Assembly (NCBI GenBank): GCA_003427395.1
Contig: BFEA01000001.1
Span: forward strand, 13,363,963 to 13,427,962
Origin: Chara braunii
Taxonomy: Eukaryota; Plantae; Charophyceae
Length of the DNA stretch: 64,000 nucleotides
Reading direction: 5' to 3'
The notes beneath the pieces were generated by a model, which saw only the letters and a program-made list of their open reading frames with translations, was not told where the DNA came from and did not search any database. Numbering within the stretch: position 1 is the first letter of the stretch; each line of letters starts with the position of its first letter. A program made the position numbers and the translations under genes. Below are positions 11,596 through 25,177 of the stretch, in pieces.

Positions 11596-13237
11596 TGATG
11601 ATGTACCTTCCGCGGCCACCTCGGATATAAGATTTGGTTCGAGTGGGGGGACAAATTTCCGCGATAGCATCAGACTAAATCTTAACGAAAACCACTTTAA
11701 CTGATATGCATCTGACAAGGAGAGGATGGGGGAACATCGACACCGATTCATTGGTCGTTTCACTAAAGCGAGGCTGACGTGTACGTATTTGAATGACAAC
11801 GAGGCAACCGTTTTCACCCAGAGAGAAAACCAGCCCTTTCCCTTCAAACAAAGCAAACTGAGGGCCAAAGGAAACAGCTTGCGCAGACATAAACAAAATG
11901 CATCACAAGAGAAAGTGGGGCGCAGGGGGGGGGGGGGGGGGGAATGGGACAGGGGCTATGGGCGCCGCGTCGTGACTTGAGGACTGGGTCAATACTGAAC
12001 GACAACACCGCACCAGCTACCAATCGAAAGAAAAAAACTTCAAAAAAAAAAAAAAGAAGAAAAAAAAGAAACAAAAAACCATCTCTTTCTCAGAGACAAA
12101 CTAAGGATCGAAGGAAACAGCTTGTAGGCGGGAGGTTTTTCTCGGGGGGGGGTGTTGTTTGATAGGGCGAAGGAGCGTAACGAACTCGCCACAGCGTCTC
12201 GGTTCGAGGCCCGAACCGCGCCGTCACGAGCGCGAATTTTATTTTTATTTTTATTTTTATTTTTTATTTTATTTATGTTATTTTATTTTTTTATTTTTTT
12301 TGCGCATACCATGTGGACGAACTGCTAAGAATAGCAGACTGCGAGAGATAGGCGGGCAAAGCAGGACAAAAAGCTGGAACGAGGGGCGGAAAAAAAAAAA
12401 CTAGCTATCAAATCAATGCCCCTCAGCCCCCAACAAACTGTCAAGCAACCAAGAAGGAGGACGAGCACGGGTCCACGCGAACGCCCACCTACCTTCCTCT
12501 CTACCCATCAGAGTGGAAAACTGGCCAGTGTCACGCGAACGACCTTTCACATTAACGACATGTCTTTCTCTCTTTCTTTACGCTAAAGCCTGCGCCGACT
12601 TAATACATTCATTCCGCCAACAACTCTGACAAAAAACGCGTGATTGACAAACCATGACAGGGGATGCAGCTGTGCGATCTTTGAAAAAATCCCCAAGCAT
12701 ACCCCTCTGCCACGATCATACCCACCATCGTACTATATTATTGCAGTTCTGCATGCAAATCCTTCCTCATTCTCTTCTCATCTTTGTCGTCTTTCTCATC
12801 TCCATCACTGACACGTTTAATATATGCCCCTCTCAATCGTCGACCTGTCGCCATTATACCCAAAAATCTGCCATCATCACAGCGCGTGACACTTACCTTT
12901 GCATTTGAAAATGGGCGAGCGTTTCTGCAGCCAAAGTCAGTACACTCAAAAAAGGAAAGGCTGAAATCGGTGTCGTCATCAAGAGGACAAGAAGCATATC
13001 ATATCATATATCATGACCCCTGGACTGTTAATGGGGACATTCTTGATGGGACACAATTAAGGAGGCAATTATTATGGGGTTCAGTGCTTAGGCCATTTTT
13101 GTCGTGACTCGCACCGTGGAGTTTCAGGTGGTCGCCTTCCAAGGGAAAGCAGGCCCCATGCGTTCTGTTCGGGGGAAGACAACACGAGGGAGGGGAACAG
13201 AGTACCTACGAGAAGGGATAGGAAAAGCAGGGTGTGC

Positions 13238-13349
13238 TACCGTCTTGACCCGAATACAACAACGCACCGTTATTATAACCGTATTTGAGGCAACATCGAG
13301 TCTAGATGCAGGTATAATGAACGTACGTTGTATTCGTGTGAAGACGGTA
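13238..13349. mobile_element. Same MITE family, copy 2
   Basis: TA-ccgtcttgacccgaatacaac ... gttgtattcgtgtgaagacgg-TA. Confidence 0.75.
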
Positions 13350-13757
13350 GCGAGGGCGAAGAACGGCGGTACATGCGGACAAACAATGGAAACTAATTGG
13401 GGTTTGGGAAAGGGGGGAAAAGGGGGGGGGGGGTTGTCTGCACACACCTACCGAAAGAAGCTCAAAAGGGGGTCCCTCTTGTTTTCCAGTGTTCTCCGTC
13501 GGGTGGAAAGGGGGGAAAAGGGGGGGCAAGGGGGAATCGGGAACCTGTCACCGACCAATTGGAATCATAGAGTCAATTGCGAAAGTGATATCGCATGCGG
13601 CGACCGATCCTGTGNNNNNNNNNNNNNNNNNNNNGGGGGGGGGGAGAGGGGAGGAGGAGAACTGGAAAGGGGCAGATGGCGGGACGGAAGGGGGGGAGGG
13701 GAGGGGGTATTGCTGCGCCTGTCTTAAGCAGAGCACAGCAAAGCAAGCCTATCATAC

Positions 13758-13987
13758 CATGAGGCCCGGGGCCTGAAGGGTGCTGATAGCCTCCCGGACC
13801 ACCACGTGGCACGGGCCCAATCTGACGACCTTGAGATCCTGCGCGCTCATCTCCACTCCCTCCTCGGAAGCTCGGGCCTCCTCGACCCACAGCCCCTCCG
13901 ACTGCCCCAATTACTGACCGAGGTCCCACGATTGGCGGAGGGGGGCCACATGACTCGTACCGATACCGCTCGCTAGCAGCTGCCATG
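13758..13987 (-). CDS. SE: SERRATE coding exon 2
   Basis: Acceptor ATGCAG, donor GTATGA; SMAAASERYRYE...GSGDERAG...GPHG is comparable to the Arabidopsis GYGDERPHG region; phase-compatible (2 in, 1 out). Confidence 0.8.
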
Positions 13988-15669
13988 CTGCATATAATGA
14001 CAACGAATATCCCGCAAAAAGATGAGAGGGAGAAGAGAGAAGAGAGGGAGAGAGAGAGAGAAAGAGAGAATCGTGCCACTTCGTTACTACTTACGTCTTT
14101 TCGTTTTCCCGCTTAATCGCTATTGGTCCGTCACAATTGCATGAGCGTTCGTTGCCCCTATGGACCCGTAGGGGGATAGGTTGCCATTGTTTTGTTTGGG
14201 CATTCCAGAGAGGGATGAAGGAAGCAAGTATATAGTCGGGGGTTGGGGGGGAGGAGCGGGAGGAGGGGGAGGGAAAAATAGTTAAGGGATGGATTACCTC
14301 GTTTGAGATGAAATCGGACAGTGTAAAATCCACATGCCCCTTTTTGTCGAATACAAACAGTCGTCATTCTTCTTTCCTCTTTCTTTCTCTTCTTTCTTCC
14401 TCTTTTCATCTCCTCCTCCTCCTCCTCCTCCTTTTCTTCTTCGTCAGAACTGGTGCGCAGGAGGAGGGAATGCGATAGATTGATCTGACAGGGAGAGGTA
14501 AGAAACTCGAAGTCTTCGGTTTTCTTTTTCTGGGGGGGGGCCGAGGAGGCGGGTTTGGGGGTGGGGGGGGAGGCTGAAGGAGGAAGGAGGGGAAGGAAAC
14601 AGGTATAGATACATGATAAATGCACAAAGGAAAAGGGTTTGGAAAAGGGGGGGAAGAACAAGGAAGCAGGTAGGATAGGGGATTCAACTTGAGAAAAAAA
14701 TAAGACCGGGGCAAGCAAGCGGGGAAGAAGCGTTTGAAGGAGGGCACTTGAATCTTCATACCAGCAACGATCTCGCCTTTCCGCTCAGAAGAGTTAACCC
14801 GTAGCAATCTCCAATGACTACACAAGCGCGGGAAACAGAAACTCCTCTCGGTTGACAAAGCCCTGGAGGCCTTTGAGCTCGTACATCCAGACTGCATCTC
14901 CGTCTTTTCTTCCCTCTTCGTCCATCAACTCCCTCTCCCATGGAGTCTACACGAAGGAAGGACGGGCAAATGGGGCCACGTCCGCGTAACAAGAAGGTTG
15001 ATGACAACGGAAAGTAGGTCTCTAAAATATGTTGAACAGCCAAAACCACGTCGCGTCGACGCGAACAGTGGTGGCCGGCAAATGAGGAAGAGCAAGAACA
15101 TGAGAGAGAGAGAGAAAGAGAGAAAGAGGCTCTCTACTAAATTTCGGAGACATGACTAATTGAAAAGGCGGCTGGCTGAAAAATTGGCAGAAAAGCTCAA
15201 AGAAGGCATATACTGGCTTTTCTTTGGCTGCGTTTGCGTGCACTTCCTCTCCCCATCCCACATTCGTCATGGAAGGACGAAGGGAGGGGGGGGGGCAAAG
15301 TAGAGAATCAACTAGATGATGAAATAAAGATCGATGGGAAGGAAAATCTGCGAACGAGATAGGCAATGGTTGAAGGTGTGACAAAGTACGCGGACGCCCT
15401 ATTACTTATTGGACCAGCGCTGTCTCCGTAAAGGCCGCGCGCGGGCTTGCCGCTTTTCCAGAGATGGCAGCCGTCGGTGGATATGGTAGGTGGTTCCTGA
15501 AAATACTTGCCGGCAATTTTTTCCCTTTCCCTCAAGTAGTCGTTCGTACCAACCCTTGATGAAAGAAGAAGCCAGGAGATTGAGAGAGAGAGAGAGAGAA
15601 CAGAGGACAGGGCAGGCTGGAGAGAGAGAGAGAGAGAGAAGGGAGCAACAGAGAAGCATGTCGAGAGAA

Positions 15670-15700
<31 letters not shown>

Positions 15701-16544
15701 AAACGCATAAGACCGATTACAAAACACATGTCAAACGGATTGCCTGCTGATGCAACAAGCAGATTCCACCAATATACAAGCCACACGTCGATCTTCCCCC
15801 CTCTTTAATTGAAAAAAAAAATCGACTTTTACCCCCCCCTCCTCTCCCTCCCCCGTTTCCTTTTTGTCCTACTCCTTTTCCTTTCCTCGGGTTAAAACAG
15901 ACTCTCTTGAAGCAGAAAAAAAACAAAAACAAATAACAATCAATGGCCACCGGCAACAAGAAAATGAAGCACCACCTACCCGCTGCGGGCCCCACTCCCA
16001 CATTCACATCGCTCCAGGATATCAACAGCTCACAGTCCGGTTCAGAGTTCAGAAACGACAAACGAAACTAGCCTGTCAGAATGCCCCAAAGCTTCTACAC
16101 TCCAGGCACGTCCAGGCGCAGATCATGTATCTAGCCATCTGCACGTCCAGCGGCATCCTGAAAAGGCTAATTTTGTCCTTTCTTTTCCAAACCCTACCGG
16201 CCCGTTCACGCGCTCTATCCACCGTCCACGACAACATTTGATGCCTCTCTCAACATTTCTTTCGTCTTCGTGATTACCCGACCCATCCAAACAAGCTCAA
16301 AAACCCCCCAATAGAAATCGGACGCGCATACCGCGCTCGCCCACCCCCCGCCCCCCCTCCCCCCTCGCCCCCGTTCCCCATCATCAGCGCAAAACTCGTT
16401 ACCGTAGATCGAAATAACGATACGCGCAAAGTGCCAAAGAACAGTTTTCCGTATCAATTCGCGGCCCTCCATCTCTGACAACTGAGTTCATTTCATTTCT
16501 TGTGCACAATCAAAAAAAAACAAAAAAAAAACACAGCTCATGTT

Positions 16545-16755
16545 GGTTCTTGTGCTCAATTAATCAGGTCACTTTGCACTCGGTTTAAAATCAGGCCATC
16601 GTTGATTATTGTACTGCGAAAGTAATTAGGTCGTTTGATAATTATGTACTCCATTAATTAGGTCGTTTCGATTCCTGTACTCAATGAATTAGGCCGTTTT
16701 GATTCTCGTACTCAATTAATCAGGTCATTAATTTTGATTCTTGTACACAATTAAG
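16545..16755. repeat. ~32-bp degenerate minisatellite in SE intron 1
   Basis: Recurrent gattcttgtactcaattaatcaggtc-like units. Confidence 0.7.
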
Positions 16756-18112
16756 CCGTCCTTGCCTTCGTCTTCGTGATTGCACTCAACCAGTCTCCTC
16801 AGAACACCTCAAAGCGCATCCTCACACACACACTGGGGCTCTCTCTCTGGACGAACTTGGCCATCTTTGCGATCAGATACGTTCAGCAAGTTCGTCGCAT
16901 GAGTATGCCCTCATTTTGGGTCTGTTTTCCATTACTTCCCGTCCTCACACACTTCGTCAACGAGCCATTAAAGCAGATCAATCAAGACACAGCGCCCCGT
17001 CTGCGGACATAGACAAGCAAGCGAACGAATGACGAGCAGCAGCTAGAAAACTCCTCACCCATCTTCAGTACTCGATTGCCCACACAAGACCCGATAAACG
17101 CAAACAAATATCCATCATCGACACCCCACTTCGTCATAGCCGGATTTCCCCAACGGCCCCATCCAATAATCACATCACACTCCGCTTCACGTCGAGAGGA
17201 GCCCAACCACTTGAGACCACATCCAATCAACTGTCACATCAAATCAACTGTCACATCCAATCAACTGTCACATCCAATCAACTGTCACATCCAACCAAAT
17301 GCCACAACCAATCAAATGCCACAACCAATTACAGTAATTCCCCACATCCAGGAGCTTCCGCCCGTCCCGTCCTTTCCCACCTCAGAGAAGACCCTCAAAA
17401 CAGCAAAACACACCGCATGACCCGAACTGACAAGTGCTTGAAACTTCTCGAACAAGGAGCAGCTCCCAACCGCATATCAACACCCAACCGTATACCCAAC
17501 ACAACCCAAGGGCCGCTCCGATTCCAACAAGCATTGCGGGCTAAGCGCAAAAACTTTTCCAGGACAGGACTACCAACAACGGGAAAAGCTTCCAAGGGCT
17601 GACGAGCGGAAAAAGGGATTCCAACCCTCAACCTCCAACAAAACGCCACAAATTACTTATTAACGTCGTTGAGGTCGCTGACGTGAGCGGGCGCTATGAT
17701 CAGTCATCCCGCCTCTCATACTCGGGGACTGGCCATCGATAATACGAGTATTCGGGACAGTGGCAGGAACAGGGCACCAGCTACGCCCCAAATGCGCGCT
17801 CGTTTCTTCACGCTGGGGAGGCGGCATCGTAAGGGCACGAAAGACTACCTTCCGACCGCAATCATCTACCAGTTTGCCCGACTGTGCCCACAACAATCAT
17901 ATTCTCTGTAGTAGGCGAGGACATTGGGAAAAGATCGCAGAAAGCAGTGACCTAGTACTCCTATAGGCCGGAGGAATACCCAGCATCTCCCCCCCCCCCA
18001 AGACACACCATTAATCAATCAATCAGTAAATCAATCAATCAATCAATCAATCAATCAGTCGATGAATTGTTGTTATGGATGGGAGGTCAACGAAGGCGGG
18101 GACAGATCGTAC

Positions 18113-18699
18113 CTCCTCCCGCTTCCAAGAGTTGAACCGCCGCTCCCAATCCCAGGGCCCCCTGAAAGGTTTCCACCCCCCATCCCCCCGCCAAGGTCAC
18201 CGCGACCGTCGTCCGTAAGTCCCCGCGAGCCTGCCCCGTCCCCCCCTCCTCTCGAATCCCCCCGAGAGCTGCCGTCTCCTCCCCTTCGACTGCTCCCTCC
18301 CCCTCCTCCCTCGTAATCTTCATCTCTCCTGGAACGCTTGTACACTGGCGACCGCCTTCTATCTCTCTCGCGATCGTGTGAGGAATAGGGCGGAGTAGAG
18401 CTCTTCTGTCGCGTCCGCTTGTGTTCTCTGTCTCGATCCCGACGGTCGCCCCTGTCATCGTAACGTCGGTCGCGATAATCATGATAATCGCGGTCCCGCC
18501 TGTCATCCCGATCATCACCTCCCCCTCCCCCTCCTCCCGAGCTTCGATGCTCGCGATGACTCCTACTGCTCCGTTCAGGGGTTCTCCGCTTTTCATCTGA
18601 CGAACCACGTCTCTCGCGTTTGTCTGGAGTCGATCGATGACGGCGGATTTCATCGCGAGAGGACAGCTCGGACGCGTCCTCTAGCTTGGGGTCTACCAT
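18113..18699 (-). CDS. SE: SERRATE/ARS2 homolog, coding exon 1 (R/D/S/G-rich disordered N-terminus)
   Basis: ATG at 18699 with an in-frame TAA upstream; MVDPKLEDASE...RRRSPVYKRSRRDEDYEG resembles the SERRATE N-terminus; donor GAG|GTAC at 18112; 587 nt, phase 2. Confidence 0.85.
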
Positions 18700-19034
18700 A
18701 GCCGAAGCCCCCTGTTCCACTCTTTACAAAAATTTCTGGACCTTCCCCGCGGCCAAGGGCTCAGGATTGCTCCCCGCTCACCCGCCCACCAATAGCAGGC
18801 GGGCAACTATGTGGCCCTTCTGCGGCACGTGGTCCTCTACCAAGATTGCCCACTGCCTTCCCGCCTCCTTCCCTCCTCTTCACCCAGAGGGGATAAATCC
18901 TCTCCCTGCAGTTCTTAATCCCCTCCCTTCCCTTTCTACCGAGACCGCCACTGCGCCCTCGCCGTCCACCCGCCAACGCCCAACGGACAGCACGCGCAAC
19001 GGATCGCCTCGGCTGGCAAGCTACAAAAAACAAG

Positions 19035-19081
19035 AGATAGGGAGAGAGAGAGAGACAGGAAGAGAGACAGAGAGGCAGGGG

Positions 19082-19145
<64 letters not shown>

Positions 19146-19152
19146 GAGAGAG
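19035..19152 (-). promoter_or_regulatory. (GA)n/(CT)n tract in the probable 5' UTR/proximal promoter of SE
   Basis: Long GA repeat ~350-450 bp upstream of the ATG; regulatory role is inference. Confidence 0.4.
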
Positions 19153-20725
19153 GACGAATACAAGAGGGCAGAGAAAGCGCGGGAGGGGGAGAGAGGAAGG
19201 GAAAGGAAGAGAGACAACGGGAGAGCGCTGCAAGATTCACGAGATTGGGCCCATTACAGACATAGCCGAATATTGTTCGTCCACCCGTCTACTTTCAACA
19301 CGATGAACAGGCAACCGCCGCCATGTCGTAGAGAGCTGCACGAGCTAGCTCCAGGCAAGAGGCGAACCTGTCGGAACAATGCACGGTCAGGAACTGCTGG
19401 CACGTGCACGGTCAGGAACTGCTGGCACGAACGACTGGCATTGCCACGGGGTGGTGGATCTTTCTTCCGACGCGAGTTCGAATACGAATTTCCAGTCCAG
19501 AGATTCCTCGTCTTCGTTGCGCATCCTCATCGCCACAGGCTGTCCGCGTGCGTCCGTACCGTTAGTCGGTCGGAAAGTCCTCTACCGGAGGTGTCCTCTT
19601 CCCTTGCATCGCGCACTGCGCGTTGTGCGTTGCGCGTTGCGCGTCTTCAGCGCCTGCATGCATGCATGGCACTTCACCAAGACCCATCACTGTCTTCGCC
19701 TCCCTTCTTTGTGGATTCGCCCACCCGAAACCACCAGTGCACCTGAAGGGGGGGGGGGGAATCCTTCCGAAGCGGCCTGCCTCAGTTGGTAAGGAAGGCG
19801 AGTCGCATCGCCGAGGTCGCAGGTTCAATGCCCAAATACCGCCTGGGCACCCGTGGTACCAACCAACTGAGATACTCATATGGATCCTCCTGGCCGGTAT
19901 TGGTGGGGTCTTTCGCCAACACGGGTGTGAGTGCGAGTGTGAGTGGATTGCGTGTGTTGTGTGGGATGTGTGTGGGCCTTAGACACTGCTGATGTTCGAT
20001 GGGGGTGGGGGAAGATGGAATGGGAGGTGCAGCTACTGGCAACATGTTCGGTCTTTGTGTTAGCCGGACCCCCACCTGCGACCCCAACCCTGCACCCCAA
20101 AACCACCAGGGCGAGGGGCAAACACACATCCCCTTTCACTGTGAGAGGCAAAAAGCTATGCTTGCAGGAGTCCCCTGTATAGCTTTAGTAGTGGTAGGTA
20201 GGTAGTAGTGAAAGGTGAAGTTGAAAGACTCTGAGATGAGAGAAGATTATGGTCAGAAAGAAGGCATTCGTCAAAATAGAAGTGGGGGAAGGAGAGAGAG
20301 AGGCAGGTTCCCCATAATACTATAATGACAATAAAAGAAAAGGCCTGAAAGGCCATCCTGTCCAGATTTGACAGGTAATTGAATTGGTTGGGCTTAAAGA
20401 ATTAGCCTTTAATAATAAATCACAGCCCCTCGTTTGTTGTCCTCTTCTCTCTCTCTGCCTACGGTTTACCGGGCAGTTCTGTTTGTGACGATATATATAT
20501 ATATATATACAAATAATAAAAATTATTAAAAATAGTCTAACCACCAAGGGACTTAGCTCGGTTCGCAGCTGCACCTATACCAGTTACTTTTTATGATTTT
20601 GTGGAGCTTTCCATTTTGGGTAGTCTCGTGCAGTCCAGTAAAGTTGAGATGGGTACTTGGCGGAGTTTCGGGCATATATCCAGCTTCGCGCCTACATACT
20701 ATTGTGTGAGTACCCTATGATGATG

Positions 20726-20964
20726 AAGTGCCAAACGACTCCATCAATATGAGCTCTAAGGAGTCATCAGCCTATTATCCCTGGCTTATCTTTGATCCGT
20801 TGAGCGAGAACCCTTGCACACGGGGCCCCCAGATCACTATGGGCAACTTCCGTCTCTATTCAACTTGTGGGTCTCACAATCAAACAGCCTTTTACAATTG
20901 CATTCTATGGCTGCACAAAGCGCTAACTGGAGCCTGTTCTCACGCACCTCCGTTACTATTTAGG
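20726..20964 (-). pseudogene. Mitochondrial-type LSU rRNA (rnl) domain V fragment, NUMT
   Basis: gtgccaaacgactcc...gagtcatcagcctattatccc...tttgatccgttgagcgaga...gatcactatgg...cacctccgttactatttagg is the reverse complement of the plant mitochondrial 26S peptidyl-transferase region. Confidence 0.9.
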
Positions 20965-22469
20965 CAATTATGTTAATCTAATGCCACTTGGAAATGAAAA
21001 TTGATTAGTCAAGTACCTATACTTTGATAAATAAAACTCGAGTCTGAAAGCACAAAATGTTGATTAGATCTCAGGCGAAATGCTTGAGCTTACAATCGCT
21101 TGGAAGTTGAAATTGTATCATCATCCCATCCTATGTATATGGGATGTCTAGCGTGCAATCATTAAGGTTTTACAATCTTAAACGTCCTTCGTTGTTCATT
21201 GTCCGCACCAGAACCAAAACACTATTGAGTTGGTGCACAATAGAACCTTTGAGAGATTGTACTAAAAAACGAGTTCGCAAAATAAGTGTTTCTTGTGGTT
21301 TTTTCGACGGTGCAACTCTATTCACGAGCCCATAGAATTTAGACGGAAAGCTTCTGCTCTTCGAGCCTTTGACAAGGTGGAAAACTTCATGTGCTAAGAA
21401 ATGAAATTATGCTTCGGAAGTGACTATGCAAGTTTGATCAGGCACAAAGTGATAGGAACCCTTGAGGGCCCTAGACAACACTTTGAGCCTTGTGAAGAAT
21501 AACGAAATCATTGACGTACCTTACTAGGGTAACTCGGTCTCGGTCACCTGTTGTTGAGCTCACTCATTCGTACTACGTTGCAATTTTCCACAACGAGACA
21601 AACATGACTTATTTCACACGTGGAGCATACATGGACACATGGAATGACGAACTCATTCTGGGGATCAGAGCTTGTCATGAAAGGAGATCACTGAATTTAA
21701 CCATTCCTTTTAAGATCTTCGACCGTGTTTCCGAGATGCAGTTGAACAAGGAGTTTGAAAATGCGAGGTATAGTTGGGATACCAGACCGGACGTGGCAGG
21801 GAACAAAGCAACGTCGTTTTTGTATTTGCATTGATTACTGACGTACTTACCACCACATGTAGAGAACCTAAGTTCAATAAAGACTTGACAGTTGGACGAT
21901 AACGCAAATTGCACTTCAGGTGTTGTTGCCACTTTGTGGCCTCGTCCTGCTCTTTAAGCCTCCGTATGTGCGCTCTTATTCAACATAATACATAATAAAT
22001 CATTGTCTCGTTCCTGACCGGAAGCATTTAATTCATAATCCTACCGCACCTCACGTTCATAAACCAGTTTAACTTTGTCTCGTAGATATATTTGGAGGTT
22101 GACCAAGCGTTCGTTCTTCTCAGTGATCTTCTTTAACGACAGGCAATGACCCTCATCTTGAGTTCGTAATTTTTTTGATCTCCAACCATGCGGTTAGATA
22201 AATAAAATAAGTTGTGTGATGAAATAAGCGTTTTTTTCATTGCTCGAGTATCTAGCTGCGGTCCGGACACGAGGTACACCGGTTCCTGCAGTCATTCATA
22301 GGCAAGCAATTAAGTTCATATAAAAGTCATTTGTGAAAGAGGAAAACATTTCCCTCTTCAAAGTAGCTTGGAAGAGTTCCCTATGAAAGCGAGGTAGCTT
22401 GACAATGCTTGATCCTCGGAGACAGGATGATGCAATGCTAGTTAAACGATTTATAAAAGTGAGTTTTAC

Positions 22470-22550
22470 CTTGTCTCCCGCATACTTAGCATAGCACAAC
22501 GTTCTTAAATCTCGCAAGCATCCAGACTCATGTAAAAATATTATGGTTGG
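22470..22550 (-). pseudogene. Decayed group II intron RT/maturase fragment
   Basis: IIFLHESGCLRDLRTLCYAKYAGD resembles NIYLHELD...YVRYADD. Confidence 0.5.
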
Positions 22551-23756
22551 AATCCAAGATCGCCCGAAAGTGCAAACATTAATGAGTGGAAAAGCAACGA
22601 CGAAACCGTCATGAAGCGAATGACCTCGACGACTTTACTCAGAAAGTCATCCACAAAGAGAAACAAGTGAAAGTTGAAGAACGACTTTCATGAAGCAGAA
22701 GGTAAGTATGAATCCATCGATGATCGGGTGTGACTTACCCATCGGCGGTGCCTTTCTGGGTTTCCTCCCTCATTGAATCGCCCTAAAAAAAACATCGGGC
22801 GTAGACCAAGAACCAACACTCATCATTCTCGTCCAACCTCACAGTTGAAATCTCATTTCGGGATGAGAGCATTTGGTGGAACCGGTGAATCATTAAAGTC
22901 AAATGGGACAGAGGACTCGTCCTGCTGAAGCGACCGATCTCGTTAAGGCGAAGAGGCACAGTCAACAACATATAAATGCATAGAAGGTCACGTCAAGAAT
23001 CGAATAATAGGTTTTCTGTATAGCCTATTAGTCGTAGGTTTGGCCTAAATAAGTATTCGCAGATATCACAATCTCATCAAATTAAATTAGCAAAGCAAGA
23101 TATCATCAGCAGTCGGACAGTGTCCGACACGTAGAACTACCGGGCAGATACCCTTATGAGGGTTTCTGCCCCGACAATGTGATTGTCTTATTTTTTAGAG
23201 CATGTTAATGAATACTTGAAATTTCAACGTTTTTTTTAATATTATTTATAAGAAAACCCAAAGTTTTTTTCAACCAAACTTGACAGTAGTCCATAGAGTA
23301 CATACCACATTAACAAACAACGAAAGAAAACAAAAATAATAATAAATATGAGAAGCTTTACAATTTTCAAAAAATTTAGAAATGATCACCAAAAACGATT
23401 TCAATTGGTAAAAAAACTCTATAACTTTAGGAAATTGTTACCACAAACAATTTCAACGGTTAAACAAAAAAAAATAGAAACTATAAAAATAGGGTAAACA
23501 AAACAGGGTTTCAATGTTATTCTTAGTTAATATGGTCAACCACTTGTTTCATTTTTTTTTATGTATTTTCTACTACATTAATTTTAATAAAGGACGAATC
23601 AATCTTAGGGACTGCTAATTCATCTTGTTGAAGTACGTGTTTTTTACCAGTGCATTATCATCCTCAAAATTTTATTTCGTTGTCTAGCAGGGTACTTAGC
23701 AATTTTCAAATCGACGCTAACATGTTGTAGCAACTACCGAACCAAATACCCAGGGG

Positions 23757-24065
23757 TGTGGCGGACCCACCAGGTGTGGTGCTCCGCCTATGACAGAGAT
23801 GGAGATGGAGGATGAAGGGGGAGCGAGATGGCACAGCGCAACTCTCACGGGAGACTTCAACGCACGTACTCCAAGATGTGCGAATGTAGAATGAATCGGA
23901 AAACAAACAACAGTTGGGGTATACCCCAACAGACTGACGAGACTGGACTGGATTGACTGGTATCGACAGAGGTATCGACCTGGACTGGACTACCCCGAAT
24001 ACAACACAGGCCTGTGAGAACAGGCCAAGGGGCTGGTATCACAGGCCAACAAGAGGTCCGCTACA
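23757..24065 (-). repeat. 3' LTR
   Basis: tgtggcggacc...ggtccgctaca terminal inverted repeats; ~89% identical to 33755-34062 by manual count; purine-rich AGGTTGAGGATCG precedes it on the minus strand. Confidence 0.92.
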
Positions 24066-25177
24066 CGATCCTCAACCTGTGATGGATCGCGTAGATACAA
24101 GCACGCTTCCGCCAAGAAGCGGAACTCTACCAAAGAAAAAGAAAACCTGAGTAGTTTAGGATGCGGAGCAAGCTCCATGCTGAGTCCATGCGACGCAACC
24201 TAGGATAGAAAATGTTACAAAAACAGCAATGTCACAGCTAATAACCTAAGTGAAAGCAGAAGCAACTAACTAGCATACATATTATAGGAAAGCAGAAAGT
24301 AATGACAACTAAACCCTAAAATGTTGGAGGCGGTAGCCTCAGTCTAGAAACAACTCACTAATGTATAAGTCATAAGAACAGCAAAAGCAGAAACAACTAA
24401 ATCATATAAATGTCAGAGGTAGTAACCTCAGTATGAGAGCAACAAAGCAACAAAAAGACAACCATATGTCACATGAGGAGTGTGTCGCGAACCAAAGGTT
24501 GGGATGGTCTCTGAGGATGGCGAATGCAACCTAGGGGTCGATAACTCATAAGGGTATCCACACAAAATGGCAGGGAGACACATGTCATCAGACTCAATGA
24601 GGGTAGGGAAATGGGAGCGAACAGAACCAATGACCCCAACAGATAGACCATCAGGGCGAATAATGCTCGACTAAGGGGTGACCGCTAGGGAGGGTCAACC
24701 ATGCAAGGGAATAAGGGAGCTTGATATACTGGGCGCACCTAGATGAAGCATGCAAGGCTGCCTAACTAGGGCGTGAGGACCGGCAGAGGGTAGAAAAGTG
24801 ATGGGTAAGGGAATCATGCAAATGACTCGTAAGGTGAGGGAAGTCGGAGCTAGATCCGTAAGCTAGGAAGCAAGGGCAACGCTACGGTCCCGATGCCTAT
24901 GCGTATACCAAGGGAGAGTCAAACTTAGAGGAACCCGACGAAGGGAGACCATCATGCAACACAACCAGGGTACTGTACAGGGTATGGTGATAAGAGAGCG
25001 ACAACATTTGAAGTAGGCAGAGCTGATCGTGATGAAGTACATGAAGCTGTCGATGACGTCCATGATGAGAAGTCCGGAATGCCGTCGAGAAAGAGCCGCA
25101 ACGTCGACGAGCTGATGTGGCAAAACGGAAGTGGATGGAGTAATGAGAAGTCAAAGACGTGGGAAGATAAGTCAGAG

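Noticed and set aside
14091-17966. Many short ORFs in SE intron 1
   Set aside because: Driven by microsatellites and homopolymers, with no recognisable domains
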